Of a DNA stretch of 17,254 bases, positions 7,668 through 16,233 are shown piece after piece. The first letter of the stretch is position 1, and the number at the start of each line of letters is the position of its first letter. Both the position numbers and the translations under genes were made by a program. The notes under the pieces are model-generated. The model was not told where the DNA came from and did no database searches. It saw only the letters and a program-made list of their open reading frames with translations. Origin of the DNA: Nitrospinota bacterium. Its GTDB lineage: Bacteria > UBA8248. The stretch is taken from contig JASLZZ010000061.1 in NCBI GenBank assembly GCA_030754595.1, forward strand, positions 1 to 17,254. The letters run 5' to 3'.

Positions 7668-9557
7668 TTACTTGATCGCGCTCCCCAACTCGAGCCGGTT
7701 CACCACATCCTCGAGATCGAGGCGCTCGATCGTTTCTTTTCTGGGGATGCCCGTTTCGGGATCCCATCCCATCTGATCGTAATACTTCTCCAAAAGCCGC
7801 TTCAGGTGGGGGCCCATGGAGGGAGCGCCGGCGGCCGGGCCCTCCGTCGGGCCTTCCATCAACCGGGGAGATACGTCAAAGTCGTCTTCTTTTTTAAACC
7901 CGCGGCTGAGAGCGGCGAGCCGCATCATGTTGACCACCCGCTCTCCGACCCGCATCGCTTCATCGGATGTAAAATCGCTCCACCCCGTCGCCTGAGCGAC
8001 GGAGCGCGGCGCAAGCTCGACGACATCCTTCACGCCCTGGCAGGCGAACATGCAGACTCCGGTGCAGTCCTCCCATATCTTTTGGGCCTGGGCGGAGGGC
8101 ACCTTTTCGGTGGGAACCTCCGATGCCGCGTCTTTCGACTGCCACAGCATGGGATACTCGATCTGGTGCGCGGGTCCGGTTCCGGCGATGATCTGACCGA
8201 ACAGCGGCCCCCACAGCGGCCGCCAGTCGTGCATGTTGATGCCCGCGCCCTTGACGTGCACCAGGAAATCCTCGGCATTTCCGCCAATCGCGGCGGCGGC
8301 TTCTTTCATGCCGCCAGCCAGCTTTCCGCCGAATCCGCGGCGCTCGATCATCTGATCCAGGATCTCAATCGCCGCCTCGAAGTTTCCCCACGTCAGCTCC
8401 AGGCCGCCGGTATCCTCCTTCGTGATGATGCCTTTTTCGTAGGCCTCGTAAATCATGCCCAGGATGGGACCCCCAAACCCCGACTCCATCCCGATGTCGT
8501 CGAAGTGATCGGTCATCATCAGGGCCGCGCCTGGCTCATCGACCCCGAATATCGCGGCGGCCCCTTCAAAAGGCTCTCCTCCCCCGCACAGGCTCACCCG
8601 GGTGCCCGCGAATTGCCCCGAGGTGATGCGTACATCGTAGGAGCAGGCAATCGTGCAGTTATAGGAAGGCTGGGGGTCCACCCGCCACCCGGCGCATGCG
8701 TCCATGTATTTTTCGGAGAATTTCCTGCTCCACACGGGGTCCAACAGGTTTTTTCCGGCGGTAATGCCCTGCTCCGACATGACGCCGTGGTGCCGCGTCA
8801 TTCCGCCGTTGTGCCACAACTTTCCCAGGGGGGCCTTGCCGTCCTCGGAATCGACGAAGAGGTTGTCCTCCCACTGCGTTACGGTTTCGATGAAGTCTTT
8901 TGGTTCCGCGACCGAAACCTGTCCGGTACCGCGCACGGCGATGGCTTTTAATTTTTTGGCCCCCATCAGTGCGCCGGGGCTGCCCTTGCCGGCGCCGTGG
9001 TTGCGGTCGTTCTTGATCATCGCGCCTGGCAACATGCTTTCGCCCGCCTGGCCGATGCAGGCGACGCTCATCTCGACCGAGTCCACGTCCAGTTCCCGCT
9101 TGATGAGCCTTTCGGTCTCGCGCGTCCCCTTGCCCCAGTAGGGGGCGGCGTCGCGCAACTCGACCTTGTCGTCGTCGATGAGTAGATAGACGGGCTCCTC
9201 GGAAGCGCCCGTCACGATGATTCCCTCGTAACCGGCGAACTTGAGGAACGCGGCCCAGAACCCATGAGCGAAACCCGCGCCGATGGCGTAGGGGATATCG
9301 TAGTGAAGAGACACCACTACGTAGTTGGAGGAGCTGGGCGCTCTTGTGCCGGCGAGTGGGCCGGTCATGAAGATAAGCGGGGTTTCGGGGTCGGACGGCT
9401 TGGCGCTCGGCGGACACTCCTGGATAAGATAATGAAGGGCCAGCCCCGTACCGCCGACATACTTCCGAAGGACATCCTCCGGGGGCAGCGGTTCCGTCCA
9501 GGTGCGCCGGGCGCTGAGATCGACCCGCAAAATCCTGTCTACATAGCCAGTCACCAC
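7668..9557 (-). CDS. Tungsten-dependent aldehyde:ferredoxin oxidoreductase (AOR/WOR) family protein
   Basis: GYVDRILRVDLS start, YVGGTGLA, TGPLAGT, LKFAGYEGIIVTG, GALMGAKKLKAIAVRG, HVKG, EDCTGVC (DxxGxC), YYDQMGWD...GIP. Start placed at GTG 9557, 7 nt after AGGAGG. Confidence 0.92.
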   Translation of the reverse strand: MVTGYVDRILRVDLSARRTWTEPLPPEDVLRKYVGGTGLALHYLIQECPPSAKPSDPETPLIFMTGPLAGTRAPSSSNYVVVSLHYDIPYAIGAGFAHGFWAAFLKFAGYEGIIVTGASEEPVYLLIDDDKVELRDAAPYWGKGTRETERLIKRELDVDSVEMSVACIGQAGESMLPGAMIKNDRNHGAGKGSPGALMGAKKLKAIAVRGTGQVSVAEPKDFIETVTQWEDNLFVDSEDGKAPLGKLWHNGGMTRHHGVMSEQGITAGKNLLDPVWSRKFSEKYMDACAGWRVDPQPSYNCTIACSYDVRITSGQFAGTRVSLCGGGEPFEGAAAIFGVDEPGAALMMTDHFDDIGMESGFGGPILGMIYEAYEKGIITKEDTGGLELTWGNFEAAIEILDQMIERRGFGGKLAGGMKEAAAAIGGNAEDFLVHVKGAGINMHDWRPLWGPLFGQIIAGTGPAHQIEYPMLWQSKDAASEVPTEKVPSAQAQKIWEDCTGVCMFACQGVKDVVELAPRSVAQATGWSDFTSDEAMRVGERVVNMMRLAALSRGFKKEDDFDVSPRLMEGPTEGPAAGAPSMGPHLKRLLEKYYDQMGWDPETGIPRKETIERLDLEDVVNRLELGSAIK

Positions 9558-9881
9558 CTGACCGCCTCCTATGAGTTGAGATCGTTTATGTCGGTTCCTT
9601 GGTCGCGTCCTGTTTGAAAATTCATCCCTGGAATTTATCCCCAAATATATTTGAGGCCAGGCTGCTTCCGGAAGATTAACAATACGCCATCAATAGGGAG
9701 GAAATCCATGGGCGGACTTGTCCCATGGGCGCTATGGTCTCCGAAAAGAGCCGCTACTGCCGGCCTTGGAGGCAACCATAATTACTGGTTTTCAAGAGAT
9801 TCCGGCCGCACGGCCCCAACGCCGAACGGCCCGGGATCGTATCGCCGGACCGGGACAGGAAAGACAGGCTTTTTGAGTTCG

Positions 9882-11186
9882 TCAGTCCAGGAACTTCTCG
9901 TCGTAGGGGAAGAGGGTGAAGGGCACCGCGCCCTTGTCCGTGATGACCACGTTCTGCTCCAGGCGAACCGCCTGCTCGTCGCCGGGCTCGCCGCTGTAAG
10001 TCTCGATGGCCATGTACATGTTCGCCTTGAATTCCGCGGGGAACTCCAGCGAGAACCCCCGGGAGATCCACATCCCTTCGTATAAGGTCAAGCCGATGCT
10101 GTGGCCGAACTGGAACAGGCTGCAGGTCTTGTACTTGTCGTCATCGTAGACCGGGAAGTGCTTGGCCGTGTCCGCCGAGGTGTTGCCGGGCCGGGAGGCC
10201 GCGATGGCAGCTTCCACGGAGTCTATGGTCTCCCTGTAGGCCTTTTTCTCATCCGGCGTGGGCGAGGCGTCTCCGCAGATGTGTGTCCGGGTCGCATCCG
10301 CGTAATAGCCCCCGCAGGGGCCCCGCCCCCCGATGTCCGTGATCACGAGGTCTCCCCCGCGAATCGGCTTGTCCGACCACCACCGGGCGTAGGGGTTGGT
10401 GTTGCCGCCCGAGGCCACGCAGAAGGCTTGACCCTCCTCGAATCCCCGGTCCGTGAAGAACTTGATGATGTTCCCGGCCAGCTGGCTCTCCGTCAGTCCC
10501 GGCCGGCGCAGCCACTCGTTGCGGATCATGTCGAAACAGGAGTCCGTGATAGCGGCGGAGATCTTGCAGCACTCCAGTTCGTCCACCGTCTTGATGAGCC
10601 GGGCCTCGGACATGGCGGGCCAGGCGTTGACCAGCTTCACCCCGGCCTCCTCGAAGGCGGAGTGAACCCATATGTCCATGATGTCCACGCCAATCTTCTC
10701 GCCGAACACCTTCCGCTCCTTCAGCAAATCCACCACGCCGGACACCATGTTCTGGGCCTGCCGCTCCGTCGCCCCCTCGGACCAGGTCCAGGTGACGGCG
10801 GGCTTGATATTGCCGTACATCCAGGGCGAGTTGAGCTTCGCCCGCTCCATGTCCGAGCCCACCGTCTCGAACAACACCGGCTCGCTGTCCCGGCACAGCA
10901 CGGTGTAGCGGATGAAAATGTTGTATTTCCACATCCCCTGGTACACGCCCGTGATGTAGCGCACGTTCGCGCCGTGGTAGAGCACCATGGCCCCGAGATC
11001 GTGCCGCTCCATGGCCTCCTTCGCCCGGGCCAAGCGTTCCTTCCGCATCCGGTCGAAATTAATCCTCGGCTCCCAGTCCGCCCCCGTGATGCTGTACAGC
11101 CGTCTCGGGGAGTAGTGATGCGGGTCACCGATGTAGGAGTGATCCAGCCCCGATTTTCGGATCTCGATGTCACCTGGGTTTTCCAT
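9882..11186 (-). CDS. M24-family (Xaa-Pro peptidase/creatinase fold) metalloenzyme, paralog B
   Basis: NVRYITG, IKTVDEL, ligands in ITDIGG, GYYADATRT, GHSIG, AIETY, RLEQN; purine-rich RBS. Confidence 0.9.
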   Translation of the reverse strand: MENPGDIEIRKSGLDHSYIGDPHHYSPRRLYSITGADWEPRINFDRMRKERLARAKEAMERHDLGAMVLYHGANVRYITGVYQGMWKYNIFIRYTVLCRDSEPVLFETVGSDMERAKLNSPWMYGNIKPAVTWTWSEGATERQAQNMVSGVVDLLKERKVFGEKIGVDIMDIWVHSAFEEAGVKLVNAWPAMSEARLIKTVDELECCKISAAITDSCFDMIRNEWLRRPGLTESQLAGNIIKFFTDRGFEEGQAFCVASGGNTNPYARWWSDKPIRGGDLVITDIGGRGPCGGYYADATRTHICGDASPTPDEKKAYRETIDSVEAAIAASRPGNTSADTAKHFPVYDDDKYKTCSLFQFGHSIGLTLYEGMWISRGFSLEFPAEFKANMYMAIETYSGEPGDEQAVRLEQNVVITDKGAVPFTLFPYDEKFLD

Positions 11187-11262
11187 TCAAGTTTCTTCCT
11201 TTCCTCTTGGGCTCAAGAAGCCGCCGAAAGAGCCCTGAAAACACGCCTCGCGGGACCGAACC

Positions 11263-12126
11263 TTACAGCCAGCGCTCCTCATCGGGCGCCTTGGTGACGC
11301 TCCAATCGATATTCTCCCAAGCCGCCTTCATGGCCCTGATGGGGGGCTGCAAGGGGTACCCCCCCGGGGAGAGGGGTTGAGTGCAGAAGGCCAGCATGGA
11401 GCCCAGGATGGGACACACCACTCGCCCGATCTTCGAGTGCTCGCCGTGGCTCATCATGATGAAGGGAATACCGAGCGCATTCTTGATCTCCAGCGTGGCG
11501 CGCATGGAGTCCAGCAGGTCCTCATAGTTGGTATTCACGCTAACCACCTTGGCGATGTCGGCCCCCCTCGCCTCCATCTCCTTCGCCATGGACACCGCCT
11601 CCTCCACCGAGAGGTGGACCCGCGTGTGCGCGCACATCAGCACCTCGCCTCCGAGGCGGTGCACCTCCTCGATTATCTCCCGCTGGCGCTGGATCGCGGC
11701 GGGGTCCGTCGTCCAGTCCCTTGGTTTCGAGGATCGGTCGAGGGAGTACGCCCTGGCCTCCTCGCTCCACTCGGGGGGGCCGGAGGAGGGATCGTACGCA
11801 TCCGCCTCTAAGTCGATGCCGCTCGCCCCCCAGCGGACGGTGTTGAGGAGAAGCTCGAATCGCTCCTCCTCCCCCATGTCCAGGGGCGCTTCGTAGTCCC
11901 ACCGGTAGTGACAGACGATGATGGGCTTGACCGTGGACTGAAAAACGTATCGGAGGTCCTTCTCGTTCAGGAATTCTTTCCGCAGCATCATGAGATTCAT
12001 CTCGTAGGCGTCCGTGCCGTCGTAGTCCGAGAGCCGGATGGATCGGATGCTGTCGGTCGGATTCGAGTCCGAGAGGATGGTGCAGATGAACGGCTGAGGA
12101 ATCTCGGTGAACTTTCGTTTTGACAT
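11263..12126 (-). CDS. Type I 3-dehydroquinate dehydratase-fold protein, divergent
   Basis: EEERFELL...GASGIDLE, VLMCAH (catalytic His), GADIAKVV (Schiff-base Lys), PFIMMSHGEHSKIGRV, GSMLAF, late QP motif; GAGGTG RBS. Confidence 0.78.
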   Translation of the reverse strand: MSKRKFTEIPQPFICTILSDSNPTDSIRSIRLSDYDGTDAYEMNLMMLRKEFLNEKDLRYVFQSTVKPIIVCHYRWDYEAPLDMGEEERFELLLNTVRWGASGIDLEADAYDPSSGPPEWSEEARAYSLDRSSKPRDWTTDPAAIQRQREIIEEVHRLGGEVLMCAHTRVHLSVEEAVSMAKEMEARGADIAKVVSVNTNYEDLLDSMRATLEIKNALGIPFIMMSHGEHSKIGRVVCPILGSMLAFCTQPLSPGGYPLQPPIRAMKAAWENIDWSVTKAPDEERWL

Positions 12127-12357
12127 TTCGTCACCTCGCTGCCGGTATGCGTAGAGAACAGTTGGCCCGGGTGGACGTTTGCGAATTTCAGGACACAGCC
12201 AATTTATTCATTGGGATCGGATAAATCAAGACCAGCATATCTTCTAATCCTTTGAATTCGCGCTGGCGTTTTTGCGCGAGTTTGGGGAGAGGGGGTAGGG
12301 TGGAGGTGGAGTGTGGAGGTGAAGAAAAATTGAGGCACATGAAAAAAAACTTGTTTG

Positions 12358-12443
12358 TGGCGGAGGGGGAGGGATTCGAACCCCCGGAGCTTTCGCTCAG
12401 CGGTTTTCAAGACCGCCGCCTTCGTCCGCTCGGCCACCCCTCC
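12358..12443 (-). tRNA. tRNA-Ser, anticodon TGA, CCA encoded
   Basis: Minus strand GGAGGGGTGGCCGAGCGGACGAAGGCGGCGGTCTTGAAAACCGCTGAGCGAAAGCTCCGGGGGTTCGAATCCCTCCCCCTCCGCCA: 7-bp acceptor stem, GCGGT/ACCGC anticodon stem with loop CT-TGA-AA, long variable arm, GTTCGAATC T-loop, G discriminator. Confidence 0.97.
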
Positions 12444-12489
12444 GCGCCGGGGACGGGCTATTCGCCCCGCCCGGCGATTATACGGGTTT

Positions 12490-13788
12490 TCACCCGGCGG
12501 GGTCTTCTCCGGGCTCGATGACTTCGAGGCCGCCCATGTAGCCGCGCAGGGTTTTGGGGACGATCACGGAGCCGTCTTTTTGCTGAAAATTCTCGAGGAT
12601 GGCGACGAGGGTGCGCCCGACGGCGAGAGCGGAGCCGTTGAGGGTGTGGACGTATTCGGGCTTGCTCCCGGGCCCGGGCCGGCAACGAATCCGGGCGCGG
12701 CGCGCCTGAAAGTCCTCGAAATTCGAGCATGAGGAAATCTCACGGTAGATGCCCTGGGAGGGCAGCCAGACCTCGATGTCGTAGGTCTTGGCGGCTGAGA
12801 AGCCCAGATCGCCGGTGCACAGGGTGACGACGCGGTAGTGGAGCCCGAGGCGCCGGAGTATCTCCTCGGCGTCGGCGGTGAGCGATTCGAGTTCCTCGTA
12901 GCTGGTCTCGGCCAGGGCGAATTTGACGAGCTCGACCTTGTTGAACTGGTGCTGGCGAATGAGGCCGCGGGTGTCCTTGCCGTAGGAGCCGGCCTCGCTT
13001 CTGAAGCATGGGGTGTAGGCGGTGTATTTCAGGGGAAACGCCCGGCCGTCGAGGATTTCATCCCGGTGGATATTGGTGACGGGGACCTCCGCGGTGGGGA
13101 TGAGGTAGTACTGATCGCCCGAGATTTTGAAGAGATCTTCCTCGAACTTAGGAAGCTGGCCGGTGCCGATCATGGCCTGGGCGTTCACCATGAAGGGCGG
13201 GAGCCACTCGGTGTAGCCGCGCTCGCCGGTGTGGATATCGAGCATGAAGTTGATGAGGGCGCGCTCGAGGCGCGCGCCCGCTCCCCGGAGGAGGGCGAAG
13301 CGGGCGCCGGCGATTTTGGCGGCGCGCTTCATGTCGAGGATGCCGAGGGCGGCGCCGAGATCGTTGTGGGCCCGGGGCTCGAAATCGAGGGCGGGTTTCT
13401 CGCCCCAGACGCGCTTGAGGCGGTTGTCGGCCTCGGAGTTGCCCTTGGGGGTGGTCTCGTGGGGGGTGTTGGGGAATTCGAGCATCCGCTCGCCGAAGGC
13501 GGCTTCGGTCTCTTCGAGGCCGGTCTCGAAGGTTTTGATCTCTTCCTTGATCCGCTCGTTTTTCTCGAGAATTTCGGCGACCTCGGTTTCTTTTCCCTCT
13601 TTTTTGAGTTCTCCGATCAGCTTGCTGCCCCGGCGCATCTCGGCCACTCGGCTTTCGACCTCGGCGGTGAGTTCGCGGCGGCGGGAGTCGATCTCCAAAA
13701 CACCTTTCAGGTCATATGCTTCTCCCCGCCGGGCCAGAGCGGCGGCCACTCCGCCGAGGTCGTTTCGGATAAGGCGAATGTCAAGCAA
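12490..13788 (-). CDS. serS: Serine--tRNA ligase
   Basis: MLDIRLIR, N-terminal coiled coil, [71 protein letters not shown] start with GGAGGAGGAG RBS. Confidence 0.99.
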   Translation of the reverse strand: MLDIRLIRNDLGGVAAALARRGEAYDLKGVLEIDSRRRELTAEVESRVAEMRRGSKLIGELKKEGKETEVAEILEKNERIKEEIKTFETGLEETEAAFGERMLEFPNTPHETTPKGNSEADNRLKRVWGEKPALDFEPRAHNDLGAALGILDMKRAAKIAGARFALLRGAGARLERALINFMLDIHTGERGYTEWLPPFMVNAQAMIGTGQLPKFEEDLFKISGDQYYLIPTAEVPVTNIHRDEILDGRAFPLKYTAYTPCFRSEAGSYGKDTRGLIRQHQFNKVELVKFALAETSYEELESLTADAEEILRRLGLHYRVVTLCTGDLGFSAAKTYDIEVWLPSQGIYREISSCSNFEDFQARRARIRCRPGPGSKPEYVHTLNGSALAVGRTLVAILENFQQKDGSVIVPKTLRGYMGGLEVIEPGEDPAG

Positions 13789-13848
13789 AGCCAGGCTCCT
13801 CCTCCGGGGGGAGGGGTTGGTTGGAAATCGATTGCTTCAAGGATTGTG

Positions 13849-13877
13849 ACATTAAATCGCTCACTTCGGTGCGTCAA
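13849..13877 (-). promoter_or_regulatory. Candidate sigma70 promoter for serS and tRNA-Ser
   Basis: Minus strand TTGACG (13877-13872), 17-bp spacer, TAATGT (13854-13849), about 60 nt upstream of the serS start. Confidence 0.5.
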
Positions 13878-14227
13878 CGCTCCCAGGGAGGGGAAAACAG
13901 GGCTGTTGGCCGCCTCGGAGGGATTTGGTCAAATGTTTGAGGGGCTCCGGCAGAGTCCTCATTATCGGGTTCGGAGCCCGCCGCTTTGGGCGAATTTAGT
14001 GGCCGACGGGGGTTGGAGCCGCCATTGAAGGGATCGGACGGCACCGGGATCTCCGGGCCCCGATGAGGCCGTCGCCGGGGTTTTTGGGTCCAGGCGGCAT
14101 TTGCATAAATAGTATAAAAACATATTTATCAACGGTATGCGTAAGCTTTGTTGACCCAGAGCGCCCGCTGGTGTTTCAATGATCGCGAGAATGGTCGCAG
14201 GTGTTCAATTAATCCGAGAGAGTAGCC

Positions 14228-14605
14228 ATGCCGACCGAGAAACTCGAACCCCACATTCCCATCCTGGCCACGGAGAGCGCGCCCTGGTCGGTTGCTTCGC
14301 TGAAGCGCCTCTTCACCGAATACCAGATGAGCAACGTTTCATTTGTCGATAACGCATATAAAACCATTCATAAAGGGCGGTTTGAAAAATATTCTCTCAT
14401 TTTGATCAGTGACATACTGGAGAAGGGCGAAAGCCTTAAAGTGCTCTCCCAGATACGATCGGAGGGAAAAAACAAACAAATCCCGATTATTTTCATGTAT
14501 CAGGATGGTGACGAGGAGACGGCGGAAAAAGCTGTCGCCTCGGGCGCATCCGCGACCGTAAAAAAGCCGGTGGAGGAGCGTACTCTCCGCGAAGCTATCG
14601 AGTAG
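14228..14605 (+). CDS. Atypical (pseudo-)receiver domain; probably the N-terminus of a fused REC-TPR protein 14228-15586 interrupted by TAG 14603-14605
   Basis: CheY-like pattern YSLILISDI, LKVLSQIRS...IPIIFM, AVASGASATVKKPV; helix 5 continues past the TAG as LREAIE*LLDKY in frame with the TPR ORF. Confidence 0.82.
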   Translation: MPTEKLEPHIPILATESAPWSVASLKRLFTEYQMSNVSFVDNAYKTIHKGRFEKYSLILISDILEKGESLKVLSQIRSEGKNKQIPIIFMYQDGDEETAEKAVASGASATVKKPVEERTLREAIE

Positions 14606-14638
14606 CTTCTCGATAAGTACATTCTCACCGTAACCCTA

Positions 14639-15586
14639 ATGGAAGAGAAGGACCAAGAAAACGAGAACGCGACAATGTCGGGGGTCGAAAAGGGCCAAAA
14701 ACTTCTGGCGCTTGGAGACTTTGAGGGCGCCGAGGCCGCCTTCGAGGACGCGATGACGACCGGCGGGGGCTCGCCCGACGTTTTTTGCGGGCTTGCGGAG
14801 GTTTACCTTGCTCGGGGAGATAAAGAGGCGGCGGAGCAGGTGCTTGGCGAAGCCGTGCGAATCGACCCCTCGGCGCAAGAGAAATTCGACGGCCGCAACC
14901 TGGCTCTGATTCAGAAGGCAAAGCAATTTCTCGCGGATAAAAATCTCAACGAGGCGGAGGACAAGTTCAATGAAGCCCTCCTCAAGGGCGGAGAGGTCTT
15001 CGATGTTTATGCCGGTCTCCCCGAAGTCCATCTGCGAAAGAATGACAAAGAGGCCGCCGAGCGGGCGATCGCCGAAGCCGAAAAGATTGACCCGGAAGTG
15101 CGGGAAAGATTCAAGAAACTTGAATCGGAGCTCGTCGATCAGGGAGATGAAAAATATACCAAGGGAGAGCTTGAAGAAGCTAAGGAAGCCTACGAATGCG
15201 CAATTGTGGCCAACGATAAAAGCGTGTCCGGCAATGTCGGCCTCGGTGAGACGCTTCAGAAAATGGGCGATCAGGAGGGGGCTGATGCCTCTTTCAAGAA
15301 GGCCGTGGAAAGTGAAGAGCGGCCCAAGGATCTGCACGTTTACAACAAAATGGGGATAACCGCCCGGAAAGAAAAGAATTTCGCGTTGGCGCTGGATTCT
15401 TATGATCGCGCCTTGTTTTTCAATCCCTTTGATTCCGTTCTTTTTTACAACAAGGCAATGGTATGCGTGGCGAAATCTGATTTCGGCGAGTGTTTGAATC
15501 TCCTGGAAAAGGCGCTCGAGTACAATTCGGATTTCCTCGAGGCTAGGGAGGCACGGGAAAAGATAATAAAAATGATGAAGAAATAG
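14639..15586 (+). CDS. Tetratricopeptide-repeat protein (or C-terminal part of the REC-TPR fusion)
   Basis: Multiple TPR units (GDFEGAEAAFEDA, GLAEVYLARGDKEAA, YNKMGITARKEKNFALALDSYDRAL, FYNKAM...LEKALEYNSDF); the first two TPR pairs look like an internal duplication. No SD sequence before ATG 14639. Confidence 0.88.
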   Translation: MEEKDQENENATMSGVEKGQKLLALGDFEGAEAAFEDAMTTGGGSPDVFCGLAEVYLARGDKEAAEQVLGEAVRIDPSAQEKFDGRNLALIQKAKQFLADKNLNEAEDKFNEALLKGGEVFDVYAGLPEVHLRKNDKEAAERAIAEAEKIDPEVRERFKKLESELVDQGDEKYTKGELEEAKEAYECAIVANDKSVSGNVGLGETLQKMGDQEGADASFKKAVESEERPKDLHVYNKMGITARKEKNFALALDSYDRALFFNPFDSVLFYNKAMVCVAKSDFGECLNLLEKALEYNSDFLEAREAREKIIKMMKK

Positions 15587-15765
15587 GTTTTCCTCCCCCG
15601 ATGGGGTTTTTTGTTTTCGCCAATTCCCGGCAGCATCTTTTTTTGTGGCGCGGTATAATGGAAACACCGTTCCGCCCGGTGGTGTACCCGCTTCTTTTCG
15701 ATGTGTGGCGGGTTTGGCCCGCCCGGGGCTTTTTCCTGAACCAAAAACAGGCAAAGGGACGGAAA

Positions 15766-16233
15766 TTGATCGCTAGCGCCATGGCACCGGGTGATGGAGA
15801 CGATCGTGTCGACCGGGGACATCAGTATCTCGAGGACGGGGACTTCGAGGCCGCCAAAGGACAGTTTGATGAGGCTTTGACGAACGATTTCAGCAACATC
15901 GGCGCTCGCCTCGGTTTATGCCACGCGCTCGCGGGGCTAGGAGAGCTAAAAGACGCGGAAAAGACTTTTGAGGCCGCCGCGAGCCTGGAGCCTGGCCCTG
16001 GGTTCGTGAGGGCGTTCAACCGCCTGGGTATCAGTCTCCGCCAAATGGAGGCTTACGATTTGTTCCTGGAGGCTTTTTCCCGTGCGATAGAAATCAATTC
16101 GGGTGATCCGGTTATCTTTTACAATATGTCGCTTGTTCATATCGTCAGGCTCCAACTCGACAAGGCCGCGGAGCTTTTCGAGAAAGCGATTGAACTCAAA
16201 CCCGATTTTGTCGAGGCTAAGCTGGCGCTGTAG
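15766..16233 (+). CDS. TPR protein, paralogous to the C-terminal half of the upstream TPR protein; may extend through TAG to TAA 16276-16278
   Basis: GDFEAAKGQFDEAL, FNRLGISLR, IFYNMSLVH...FEKAIELKPDF. Start uncertain (TTG 15766 or ATG 15781); the first ~55 codons of the track ORF (from 15601) look non-coding. Confidence 0.82.
   Translation: MIASAMAPGDGDDRVDRGHQYLEDGDFEAAKGQFDEALTNDFSNIGARLGLCHALAGLGELKDAEKTFEAAASLEPGPGFVRAFNRLGISLRQMEAYDLFLEAFSRAIEINSGDPVIFYNMSLVHIVRLQLDKAAELFEKAIELKPDFVEAKLAL

Noticed and set aside
12358..12443. tRNA as a possible amber suppressor or selenocysteine tRNA explaining the in-frame stops
   Set aside because: The anticodon is TGA (reads Ser TCA), not CTA or TCA, and the structure is a standard tRNA-Ser.
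13844..13865. CRP/FNR-like site TGTGA...TCAC upstream of serS
   Set aside because: Half-site spacing is wrong for TGTGA-N6-TCACA; better explained as part of the serS promoter.
15595..15612. Terminator after the first TPR gene (CCCC-CGAT-GGGG-TTTTTT)
   Set aside because: Only a 4-bp stem; too weak to call.
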